From Podarcis pityusensis (taxonomy: Eukaryota), in the NCBI GenBank assembly GCA_964106645.2, contig OZ067042.1: a DNA stretch of 64,000 bases; one strand, written 5' to 3'. This document shows, in pieces, positions 36,931-48,900 of the stretch. The notes beneath the pieces are model-generated. The model did not search any database and was not told the origin of the DNA. It saw only the letters and a list, made by a program, of their open reading frames with translations. The translations under genes and the position numbers were made by a program. Each line of letters begins with the position of its first letter. The first letter of the stretch is position 1.

Positions 36931-39900
36931 AAGAAGAAGAAGAAGAAGAAACCCAAGTCCCTTGATTTCAAAGTGTCTACTCTGAGCATGACTTAGATTC
37001 AACCAACTGTCTTGAAAGTTGTTACTTCCATACTGAAATCCACACCAACATTCACAAGTGACACAACCAACACTAAAAAGTAATATCTTGTGACAATGCC
37101 CAAAGAAACATTCTATCTGTGTCTTTTTTTCTTTTTCTTTTAAGGAATAAAGTTGAGAATGAGGAAAGCTGAGAGGAAAGTGAAAATTTTGGCAGGGTAA
37201 ATTGCAGGCAGAACAAAAAAACCCCAATACAATAAATGAAAACTAGATGGGCTAAGTATCTGACTTGGTCTATATAGTAAAATGATATTTCAATTAACTC
37301 AGGATCCCCATGTCTCTAAAACAAACCAGCGACTCTAAATGACCACTTACCCTCTTATTTTATAGCAATAAGTAGGTTTGGGCTTAGTTTGACTTGGTTT
37401 TGAATAGGAGATAAAAGTTTATTGTTCCAAAGTAAAGATAATGGTCTGGTACATGTGTCACATTAAATTACAGTTAAAATAAACTTGGGGCTCATCCAAA
37501 TTTATCTCATCTAGGCTATGCCTAGAATGCACAGGCCTAAGGGGTTTTCTGCTTGATTGGGTCTTAGTGGTTTCCCCCTTGGCCTGCTTCTTTCCAAAAG
37601 AAAACCCACTCTTTGGCAATAGATTGGAACAAATGGCAATCTGAGGGAAACCTCAATTGCCATTTGCTCTGACTGAGTGCTAAAGAGCAGTTTTTCCCAG
37701 GAAAAAGCAGTAAGACAAGAGGAAGTGTGGGTTAGCCCTTGGTTATATTGCTAAATTTGTGGGTACTTCACTCCTCTCAATTCCTACTGCTGCCACCCTG
37801 CCAGAAAAGAAGCCATGGTCTGGCTTGTCATGTCATACAAACCTGGACTTATGGCTTGTTTGGGAGGGCAGAAACAAACCATAAGAACATCTGAAGGCAT
37901 AAGCAGTCTGTTAGAAAGTGACAGTATTTAAAGAGTTGTCTTCACAAACAGAAGCGTAGAAGAGACAATTTTCTCTACCTTGAGCAGCTGAAGCACCAAC
38001 TCCCGAACGGATGGTTTCCACAACGGTGGCTTCACCTGGGTCACCTTTCTCACCACGAGGACCTGCATCAGAACATAAGAAATGACAGACTATTTAATTA
38101 AGCAAAAATAAGCACACTGGCTGAAACTCAAGTTGTCAGGTTCTGGTTTCCACCTAATATGCATGTAGGCATTATGTTTTTTAGCTTAAACCTAATCTAG
38201 ATAGGACCTGAACTGGTCCTCAGTTTATGTGTCTTGCATGACAATGATGATACTGCAGAGAGAGATAAGGCCAGAAAAACCTGGGGATTCCTTAATGTGG
38301 ACAAATGTGGAAAGACTGCAGTGAAGTTTCAATTGGTGTGGGAAACCCGTGGTCCTCCAGATGCGATTGGACTACAAATCCCATCCTCCCTGGTCATGCT
38401 TTTTGGGGCTGGTGGAAGTTGGAGATCCAACAATGTCTGGAGGGCTGAAAGTTCCCCAACGCTTACTTAAATGAACAGGTCTGCCAAAAGCATTATGGCT
38501 GCTTGATGTGCTATAGGACTCCTGCATGGAAAATGATTCCTTGTAGGAAACAGCATAACACTCACCCACATATATTGGTCATGTATATGCACCAACATAT
38601 ACCCATAGTGTTATCATCACCTTGGCTTTAGTGTCTTGAATGTAGGAGATCTGTAATTTGTATTACATGACAAAGTCCTAAATAATCAATTTTCCTCACC
38701 ACACAAACTAAACCAAAAATTTTGGAGGTAGTACCAAAAAAAAGAGAAAAAAAAGAAAGAAAGAGATTGCACAAGACTTGTTTTTGGATTGTACTACTTG
38801 AGCTAATGTTGCTAATCTTCCAGTCTACTATACGCAGAGGAAAGGATCCTATACAGTGGTACCTCGGGTTAAGTACTTAATTCGTTCCGTAGGTCCATAC
38901 TTAACCTGAAACTGTTCTTAACCTGAAGCACCACTTTAGCTAATGGGGCCTCCCGCTGCCAGAGCACGCTTTCTGTTCTCTTCCTGAAGCAAAGTTCTTA
39001 ACCTGAGGTAATATTTCTGGGTTAGTGGAGTCTGTAACCTGAAGCGTATGTAACCTGAAGCATATGTAACCTGAGGTACCACTGTACATGGCTTGTAGGT
39101 CATTGATACGCTGTGTCTGGAAATGTATCATTTGCCATCTACACTGTACTTATTTTCATTCATCCACCCCTTTCTCTGAAACTTACAGCAAATATTAAAA
39201 CAGTAAAGCCTAGCAAACAGAAAAGAATGGAGGGGCAAAAAAAGGCAACAAAAAAACCCAACCATCTCTTTTCCCAGAGAGTCAATAAAACAATCATCAG
39301 CTCAGCAGGCCAAGCGCCTGTCAGAAAATAAAGATCTTCACAAAATAGTGAAAAAACATCAGCAAGTGGGTGAAGCAGACCTCTCTGGGCCGGGTGTTTC
39401 AAAGCTCAGACCTGGCCCTGGAGAAGGCTCTCCCCCACATCTCCACCAAGCGCACCACAGATGTCAGCAAGACAGAAATTAGCAGGAAAGCTTATGGAAG
39501 CTGGTTGTCGAACAAAAGCAATTACATCCCTGCCCAAAGGGTTTACAGTGTGAAAGAAGGAAACACAGTGTTATGTACTGAGTTGAATAGGATCCAAACT
39601 GTAGCAGTCTGATTGGTCCTAGAACAATAGGATCCAAAAGGCAGCAGTCTGATTGGTCCTAGAACAATAGGATTCAGAATGCAGCAGTCTGATTGGTCCT
39701 AGAACAATGCAGCAGTATGATTGGTTGGCAGGAACCACCCAATCCTGCTCCAGATAGAAGTGAATCCACAACCTGATTGGCTTACAGTAGAATTCCAGAA
39801 TTAGCCAATCATGTGCAGCCCATTGTGTAAATAATGTATATAAAGCAGATACTGTGAGGGGACATTTATTCATTCCTCCTCACCACTATGAGCTGAATAA

Positions 39901-42900
39901 AGAGCATGAAATCACTTTGCGACTCTGAGTATATTTCACTGGCGACGAGGGTGGGATCCCGCTGAGCTGACTGCCACACACAGCACCGCAGCACCGCCAA
40001 CTGCCGCACCGCTGCCTCGCACCGTGTATCCAGGCTTCAGCTCCGGGGCACAAGGAACTCAGAATGGCAGCCAACAGCAGCTTCTCGCCATTCAACCCAG
40101 CATCTGGAGACTGGGAAGCGTACGCCTCCCGTTTCACCTTCCTCCTAGAAGCCAAAGGGGTCACCGACGAAGAAGACGCCAAGAAGAGGGCGATATTCTT
40201 CAGCGTCTGCGGAGAGGAGACGTTTGAAATCGCCCGGGCTCTCCTTGCGCCTGAAGACGTCGCTACTGTTCCATACAAAACAATAATGGAACAGCTGAAG
40301 GGGCACTTTTCGCCGCAGCCCTCAGTGGTGGCTCGTCGAAATGCCTTCTACGCAAAGCGGCAAGCCCCTGGGGAAACCATAACTGGGTTTGTGACCTCTC
40401 TCCGCCAAGCCGCCCGGTTCTGCAACTTCTCAGAGCTGGAGAACATGCTTCGTGACCGCCTCGTCGGTGGCCTGAAGGATGAGAAGCTGCAACGACGCCT
40501 CTACGCTAAGAAGGACCTAACGTTCCAGGTCGCTCTGGAGGAGGCCCTGGCAACAGAAGCTGCCGAGAGGTCGACCCAAGAGGCACGGCCGAGCCTGCCA
40601 TCCCAACCGAGGGTCCACCATGAAGACCTCACCGACGACTCAGGATCCGACAGGGAGGAGGTGCACCGAGTACAGCAGCGCACTCAAGCAGCGCACAGAC
40701 CACAGCTGCCTCGACGAGAAGGAGGGAACTGCGCAAGCTGCGGGGAGAGTCACGAGAGGAGGACCTGCCGTTTCCGCAACGCAGAGTGCAGGCAGTGCAG
40801 AAAATCGGGACACATCGCCCGGGTGTGTCGGGCTCGGCCCACCCGACACCAGGCATCAGATGACCAATCCAAGAGCCCCAGGTCCCGGGGCCCAACGCAC
40901 CAAGGCAACTCGACGGAGCTCACGGACTTCCAGGTATACCAGTTGCCCCACCCCAACGTAGAGAAAATTTATGTAGAGGTACAGATAGAGGGGGCCCCAT
41001 GCCGCATGGAGCTTGACACGGGTTCAACTCTATCCATAATCTCGGCAAGGACCTTAAGGAAACTGTGTCCCACTGGGGGTCCCAAACTCAGGCCGGCCCC
41101 ATTCACCCTCCGGGACTTCCAGAAACGTAAGGTCCCCACAATGGGGGTGGGGACCTTCAGGGTGCAATACCGAGGGCGGACGCGGCAACTGGACTTGCTT
41201 GTGGTCAAGGGCCCCTACATTAGCTTACTGGGATTGGCATGGTTTGGACCACTGGGGCTAGCTGTCACCGGGGTGAACCACACTAGCTTACAAGTGGACG
41301 TGGACGCCATATGCAAGGAATTTCCAGGGGTTTTCGATGGGAAATTGGGACAGTATACGGGCCCCCCCATTGCGCTACAGCTTGACCCCGCAGTACGACC
41401 GGTCAGGCTCAAGGCCCGCCGGGTCCCGTTCGCCTTGAAACCCCGTATAGACGAGGAATTGGACCGACTCGTAGAGCAAGGAGTGCTGGAGCCGGTGCCT
41501 AATGCTCCCTGGGAAACCCCAATCGTCACACCCGTCAAGCCTAATGGTTCGGTCCGCATCTGCGCAGACTACAAATGTACCATAAACAAGGCCCTCACGG
41601 CCCACGCATACCCAGTGCCAGTGGTCAGCCATGTCCTTGCCACCCTGGCTGGGTCGAAAATTTTTGGCAAGCTGGACTTGGCCCAAGCATATCAACAGCT
41701 GCCAGTAGATGAGGCCACAGCAGAGGCACAGACGATTGTGACGCACAGAGGAGCGTTCAGGGTAAAGCGGCTGCAATTCGGTGTCAGCGTGGCACCAGGC
41801 ATATTCCAGAATATAATGGACTCTCTCCTTAAAGGGATTCCTGGCGTCACCCCCTTCTTCGATGATGTGTTGATTGCCGGCCCCACACCAGAGGAGTTTG
41901 AGGACCGCCTCCGCACCGTTCTGCACCGTTTCCAGACGGCGGGTCTCAAGGTGAAGCGGGAAAAATGTCTACTAGGAGTGCCTCAGGTGGACTTTCTGGG
42001 ATTTATGGTGGACGCAGAAGGGGTCCACCCGACTGGGGACAAGGTACGGGCCATTTGTGATGCCCCAGCGCCCAAGAGCAAGACTGAACTTCAGGCCTTC
42101 TTGGGACTATTGAACTTTTACCATTCCTTCCTTCCCCACAAGGCGGCGGTAGCGGAGCCCCTACACAGACTCCTGGACAAGCGGGCCCCTTGGGTGTGGG
42201 GCCAGCGCCAGGAGGCCGCATTCCAGGCAGTCAAGGACTTGCTTGTCTCAAACTCGGTCTTGGCACACTTCGACGAGAGGCTGCCGGTGGTGCTAGCATG
42301 CGACGCCTCACCCTATGGCATTGGAGCTGTCCTGGGGCACCAACTCCCGGATGGAAGAGAGGTACCGGTGGCGTACTTTTCCCAGACACTCAACACAACC
42401 GAGCGGAACTACTCGCAAATCGACAAGGAGGGTCTGGCAATCGTAAAGGGAGTAAAAAAATTCCATGATTTCTTGTACGGGCGGCCCTTCACCGTGGTGA
42501 CTGACCACAAGCCGTTGCTTGGCTTGTTTGCCCCCGAAAAGCAGACCCCCCAAGTGCTGTCTCCTCGCGTCCTCAGGTGGTCAATTTTCCTTGCCAGCTA
42601 CCAGTATGCACTGATTCACCGACCTGGGAAGGCGATGGGCCATGCGGACGCCCTCAGCAGGCTACCACTACCGGAAACAGGCCCTGACCCAGCACCTGCA
42701 CAAGAGGTTATGAGCCTGGAGCTGCTTCCCGACCGCCCCATTCAGGCACAAGAAGTTGCACACCATTCCAAGAAAGATAGGGTCATCTCCCGGGTCCTGG
42801 ACTGGGTGTGGAGGGGATGGCCCAGCAGCAGCCCCGGGCCAGAATTCGCCGGCTACACAACCCGCAAACATGAACTGTCGGCCCACAAGGGGTGCCTGTT

Positions 42901-45900
42901 ATGGGGAAGCAGAGTCGTTGTTCCCCAGCCCCTCTGCAAAAGGGTCCTCACAGCCCTACACGAGACACATCCAGGGGTAGTAAGAATGAAGGCCCTTGCC
43001 AGGAGTTATGTGTGGTGGCCGGGGATCGATGGAGAGATAGAGGCCTGGGTCAAACACTGCCAGGCCTGCCAAGAATCCCGCCCAGACCCCCCAAGGGCCC
43101 CAGTCCAGTCCTGGGAGTCCGCCCGAGCACCATGGTCACGCCTGCATGTGGATTTCGCTGGCCCCTTTCAGGGGAAAACATTCTTCATAGTGGTGGACTC
43201 CTACACCAAATGGCTGGAAGTCGCACTGGTACCGTCCACTTCCACGTCCGCAGCCATCCGGGTACTACGCAGGCTGTTTGCAACCCACGGGCTCCCTGAC
43301 ACTCTCGTCTCAGACAACGGGACTGCATTTACGTCAGGAGAATTCCAAACCTTCACAGCGCAGAACGCCATCCGCCACATCCGTTCGGCGCCGTTCCACC
43401 CTGCCACCAATGGCCAAGCAGAACGCATGGTGCGGACCACCAAGGACACCCTTCGCCGCATGACGCAAGGGGACTGGGAGTACCGCCTTGCCACATTCCT
43501 TCTAGCACAGCACAGCACCCCCAGCTCAACGACTGGCCGGAGCCCCGCTGAACTACTAATGGGTCGGCGCCTTGCAATCAGATTGGACCGCCTTCACCCC
43601 GATAGAGCTCAGGATGAGGTAGTGGTGGGGGAAGGCAGGAACCCCCGGACCTTCGAGGCCCAGGACCCAGTGTACGCAAAGAATTTTGGGGCAGGCCCAG
43701 CATGGGTACCCGCCACAATCACCAGGGTCACTGGCCCCGTGTCGTACGAGGTGCTAACGGATGGGGGGCAATGCTGGCGCCGCCACTGCGACCAGATACG
43801 GCGACGATTCCCGGGAGAAAACCAGGAGGAGGACAGGTCAGAGGAGTCCCAAGGGAACAGCGGGGCAGTGAGGCCCATAGAGCAGGAGGGGCCAGCAGGA
43901 GAGGCAGAATCAGTAAATACAGAGAGGACCCGTGAGGCCGAAAGGACACCGGAACCAGAACCACGACTGAGCGAGCCGGTTGCACCAGACCAAACAGCCG
44001 CATCACAGCCAGCATCCTTGGAACACGAGCCAGAACCCGGAGCCCGGACCAGGGAACACCCCAGGCCACAACGCACACGTAGGCCGCCGGCATACCTTGA
44101 GGACTATGAATGCGACCTCCCGGGCAGGACTGGAACTTAGAGGGGAGGGGTGTTATGTACTGAGTTGAATAGGATCCAAACTGTAGCAGTCTGATTGGTC
44201 CTAGAACAATAGGATCCAAAAGGCAGCAGTCTGATTGGTCCTAGAACAATAGGATTCAGAATGCAGCAGTCTGATTGGTCCTAGAACAATGCAGCAGTAT
44301 GATTGGTTGGCAGGAACCACCCAATCCTGCTCCAGATAGAAGTGAATCCACAACCTGATTGGCTTACAGTAGAATTCCAGAATTAGCCAATCATGTGCAG
44401 CCCATTGTGTAAATAATGTATATAAAGCAGATACTGTGAGGGGACATTTATTCATTCCTCCTCACCACTATGAGCTGAATAAAGAGCATGAAATCACTTT
44501 GCGACTCTGAGTATATTTCACACAGCTTGATAGACAAGTAATAAGGATGGGAGGAAGTAGCAACGTGTGTAGCGGGGGGCGGGGGGGGGGAACAAGGCTA
44601 GGCTGGGGCAGAAAGACTATGGAGAAAAGCAGAGTTTCAGGGAGGAGGTGCTTTGCAGAGTTTCAGGGAGGTGACCTCCCTGAAACTTTTAGAAGAGGCT
44701 GAAAGAAGATGAGCTAAAGCGGAGCACAGGGAAAGACACATCATAAGGGGTGATGACAGGGACTGGAAAACAAAGGAAGGAATCCAAAGATGCAGTTGCA
44801 CCGAATGTATTACCTTGAGATCCAGGAAGTCCAGCTGGGCCAATAGGACCTTAGGGGGAAAGAGGGGGGAAGTTAGATCACCTTAGTGGATAAAGCAACC
44901 TTAGTGGATGAAGCTCCTCTTGAGAAATGGAGCAGAAACTTACAAATAATATAACTGCCTGAAAGGCTGAGTTAAAATTTAAACAGATTTTGATAGCCAT
45001 TGGCATGGTACACAACTGTCAAGTGGGTGATAGCTTTGAAACAAGTAATTTCTCCCATTGTCCTATTCTCTTTGTACTTCCCACCAAAACACCCTTTTGC
45101 ACTCTGTGAGCATTCTCTGTTTCATTGAGTAGAGAAAACAGAAGGTACTTAAATGAAAAGGTCCTGGTAGGCAATTCCAGCTACAGCAGGTATGCTAGTT
45201 TGAGAAAGAAAGGAGTGTACTCTTCTCTAGAAAGGGATAGATTCCAGTTGGTGGATAAGTTTGGGGATCACTTCACACAAATGTGGATGCTATCGGGTGA
45301 AAACTGTTGTATTCCAATTCCATGTGTTTTTTTAAGCTACAGCGCAAGAAATAGCACTAAGCAGTGGCAAAACCATACATCACCAAGGCAAAAGGAATGC
45401 TAATACATAATAGTATTTGTGTGTGTGTGTGTTTCCTCTACAAGAGGTTCTCAAGTTATAAGCATCAGCCAGAAATCCAGTCCCATCACCAGCTTTTCAA
45501 CACAACATTGGCCAGATAATGAGAGACAAGTAGGGAGCAAGTCTTTGCAGACAGCTGTAATGGTCCATATTGAGAGGAATTACTGCAATGAAAGCAGAAA
45601 GATCTGTAAATTTCAGTTCTTTCTGTTTTTCATTTATCTATTCAAAATTTGGTTCTCAACATTTCTGCAGCAGTTTGAGAATTAAAAAAAAAAATTCTCA
45701 TAATTCTTCAGCAGTTTCGTGCAGATTACTCCTAACAAACAAATTTGCCGTTTTGACTAACATAAACATTTTTGCAAGCAATTTATCCTCATATAACATG
45801 TTTTATGTTAGGTATTTTCATGAATATATTGGTTGTTATGCAAACCTTTTAAAAATATATGCATTTTGTGAACATTGGGTGGTTGAAGAACTGCATCACA

Positions 45901-48900
45901 AAATTTCAAAGGATGGCTATGTTTCGGTTCTCATATTGTTTGGGAAAGCGTGTATTAGAAAAATTCAGCTTTAAATGTGAACCGAACAGATTTCTCCCTC
46001 ATCCTTACATATGGAGAAATATTAAGAATAAAGCAAATAAAAAGGGCAAGGAATTAAAAAAGGTTCTCACCTGGAACACCTGGTGGGCCTTGAGGACCAA
46101 CAGCCCCTGGTGGACCTGGAGGTCCTGGGACAGAAATAGTTGATGCACCATCTGAAACAGCAAAAAGTTCCACAAATCACTTTGTGAGGAAAGATTATGG
46201 CACCATGGCAGTATGACAATTATCAGGCATGGGACTTTTCCTGCTACAGCAGTGATACATACCTGAAGTAGTAACCCGGCCTGGTGCGCCTGGTTCACCT
46301 GAGGAAACAGGAAAGGAAAGGGAAAGATGTTACCAGGGCTTCAATGATAACAAGTTTATGACCCATGATATATCTGTGCCATTAAATACTTTGCCAAAAT
46401 GATGATTATTATAGTAAGATTGGGAATTGCTGGTATAAGGGCACAAAAGTGGCTCTAATGGCAATTGCCCCAAATGATTGTCAGAATTAAGTGTATGCAT
46501 CTGTTATCAGAAAAGACAGGGCTGCCTTATGTCCAAAATTTCCCAGACATAGCCAGGATTTGCCCTTCGGAAATAGCATCCTGGCGGAATTTCCGAAAAT
46601 TGTTTAAAATGTCTGGGAAAACTTGGGTGCATTGTTGATGTTTGGCTCAACAACTTTTGTGTTTTTGTGTTCGGATTTTCACTTTTTGAAATATGCAACC
46701 CTAGAAAAGGCCCTGTGAGCAACCAGTAGTACTCCATATTTCTCATCATCCCTATCCAAAGCCAGAGGTTGTGAGACTTTTGTAGCTGACAGCAGAGTAG
46801 GGGCAATTCTTTGCTTCTACTCCTCACCTTTTCCTGGTTCATATATTCAAGCTGCATAGACCTGTAATAGTAGTATGATGAGAAAGGGCATGAGTCCCTC
46901 TGTTTGGGCAGGTAATAGAGGCCTCCACATTAACACCAGAACACCTAAGGTCCTGAACAGAATGATTTTCCACCTGCTTTTGTTTTGAGGAACAGGGAAT
47001 CGCACAACAGGAGCCTCTGCATGCTTAAGACAGGTAGTCACAGAGGGCAAAGTCCAGTGTGCAGGCTAACTGTGCAGCAGAGGGGTTCTTAGACAATCTG
47101 AGGGACTAAATAGCCTGGCTATTGCAGTGTTGCCCTGGTCTGAATGTATGAACAAGAGCATTTTCTACTGAAAACATGCACATCCAATATTCATCTCTAC
47201 TCACCTTTAGCTCCTGGTCGGCCTGGATTGCCTGTGAGTCCTGCAGAGAGTTAAAAATGAAAATTCAGTATACAAAATACCGTACAACACAGTGTGTGTG
47301 AGAATGCTATAATACTGGACCATAAAGAATCGTGTATTCAAAGTTCCTTCATTGCAAGGCATATCTTTCTCACACATACCCTTCCCAGATATTGCAAAAG
47401 GCAGCCTGCTTTTGTTTCATTTTCATTTGTTTTCAAAGGACGCATAAACATGCAAACACCTTTCTGTCCATCCATATCAGTCCCCCAGTACTTGGAGTGC
47501 AATCTATACCCCCATTCTCAGATATTTTGAATGGATCATTTGGAATGCACCATTTGGTAGATGTAACCATTTGTTGTTGTTTAGTCATTTAGTCGTGTCC
47601 AACTCTTCGTGACCCCATGGACCAGAGCACGCCAGGTAACCATAGGGCACCACAATTCAATAAGGATATTGACAAGCTGTAATGTGTGCAGAAAAGGGTG
47701 ACCAAGATGATAAAGGGTCTGAAAACCAAGCCTTATGAGGAACGGCTGAGGGGATTGGGTATGTTTAGGAGAATGAGAGGAGATATGATAGCCATCTTCA
47801 AATATTGAAAGGCCTGTCATATGGAGGCTGGAGCAAGCTTGTTTTCTCCTGCTCCATAGGCTAGGACCCAAACCATTTGGATCAAGTTACAAGAAAGAAG
47901 ATTCTGACTAAACATCAGGAAGAACTTTCTAACTGGAAGAGCTGTTCCACAGTCCTACTATCTTCCCTTGGAGGTTTTTAAGCATAGGTTGGATGGCTAT
48001 CTGTCACGTATAAATCTAGTTGAGATTCCTGCATTGCCATATGTTGGACTAGATGATCCTCAGGATCCCTCCCAACTCTACAATTCTATGAGATGCCGCT
48101 GATTGCTTGCATATTAATGCCATTTATATTCTGCTTTTAGGGCATAGCCCTCACAAGGCAATGTACAACTAAAGAAGATCCAATTAAGATAACATGCAAA
48201 GGTAACCTCTAATTATGTGGTAATCCCAGAATTACCAGGCTCACCACATCTAAATTTCCATAGCCAGGTATGACAGGAGACCAGTTCTCCATGTGGTTAC
48301 ATCTGCCACACTGTAAATGACAACTGTGCATTAAGTAGTTATTGTTTCCCACTAAAATGAACCTTCATTATCTGCTGCACCAAATTCAGCATTTTTCAGT
48401 GTTTAAAAAGGTAAAGGTACCCCTCACTTAAGAGGCCGGGGGCCAGCGCTGTCCAAAGACACTTCCGGGTCACGTGGCCAGCGTGACAAGCTGCATCTGG
48501 CGAGCCAGCGCAGCACACGGAAACGCCGTTTACCTTCCCGCTGGTAAGCGGTCCCTATTTATCTACTTGCACCCGGGGGTGCTTTCGAACTGCTAGGTTG
48601 GCAGGCGCTGGGACCGAACGACAGGAGTGCACCCCGCCGCGGGGATTCGAACCACCGACCTGACGATTGGCAAGTCCTAGGCACTGAGGTTTTACCCACA
48701 GTGCCACCCGCGTCCCTAAGCGCCACCCGCGTCCCTTTTCAGTGTTTAGTAGGTACTTAATGCTGATCTCTTTCCATACATAGTGTATTTACCTGGTGGT
48801 CCTTGAAGTCCTGTAAGACCTAGGAAAACAATAGCAAACATTTGAAGAGGTTCAGAATTTACAACCATGGTCTTAATTTCAGCAAGTAAGAACCTGGCCT

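Larger units (their letters stand above)
39569..44520 (+). mobile_element. full-length Ty3/Gypsy LTR retrotransposon (Mag-lineage-like), antisense in a COL17A1 intron
   Basis: TG...CA 370-bp LTRs at 39569-39938 and 44151-44520; 5-bp TSD CACAG at 39564-39568 and 44521-44525; PBS, PPT and a single gag-pol ORF. Confidence 0.97.

Noticed and set aside
39586-39724. Regularly spaced repeats that superficially resemble a CRISPR array
   Set aside because: They are head-to-tail 40-bp units without unique spacers, inside an LTR of a vertebrate genome, with no cas genes
43609-44219. Antisense ORFs (155 and 163 aa) at the 3' end of the retrotransposon as a possible env or accessory gene
   Set aside because: They fully overlap the GC-rich integrase tail and show no signal peptide, TM or fusion motifs; pol runs straight into the PPT, leaving no room for env
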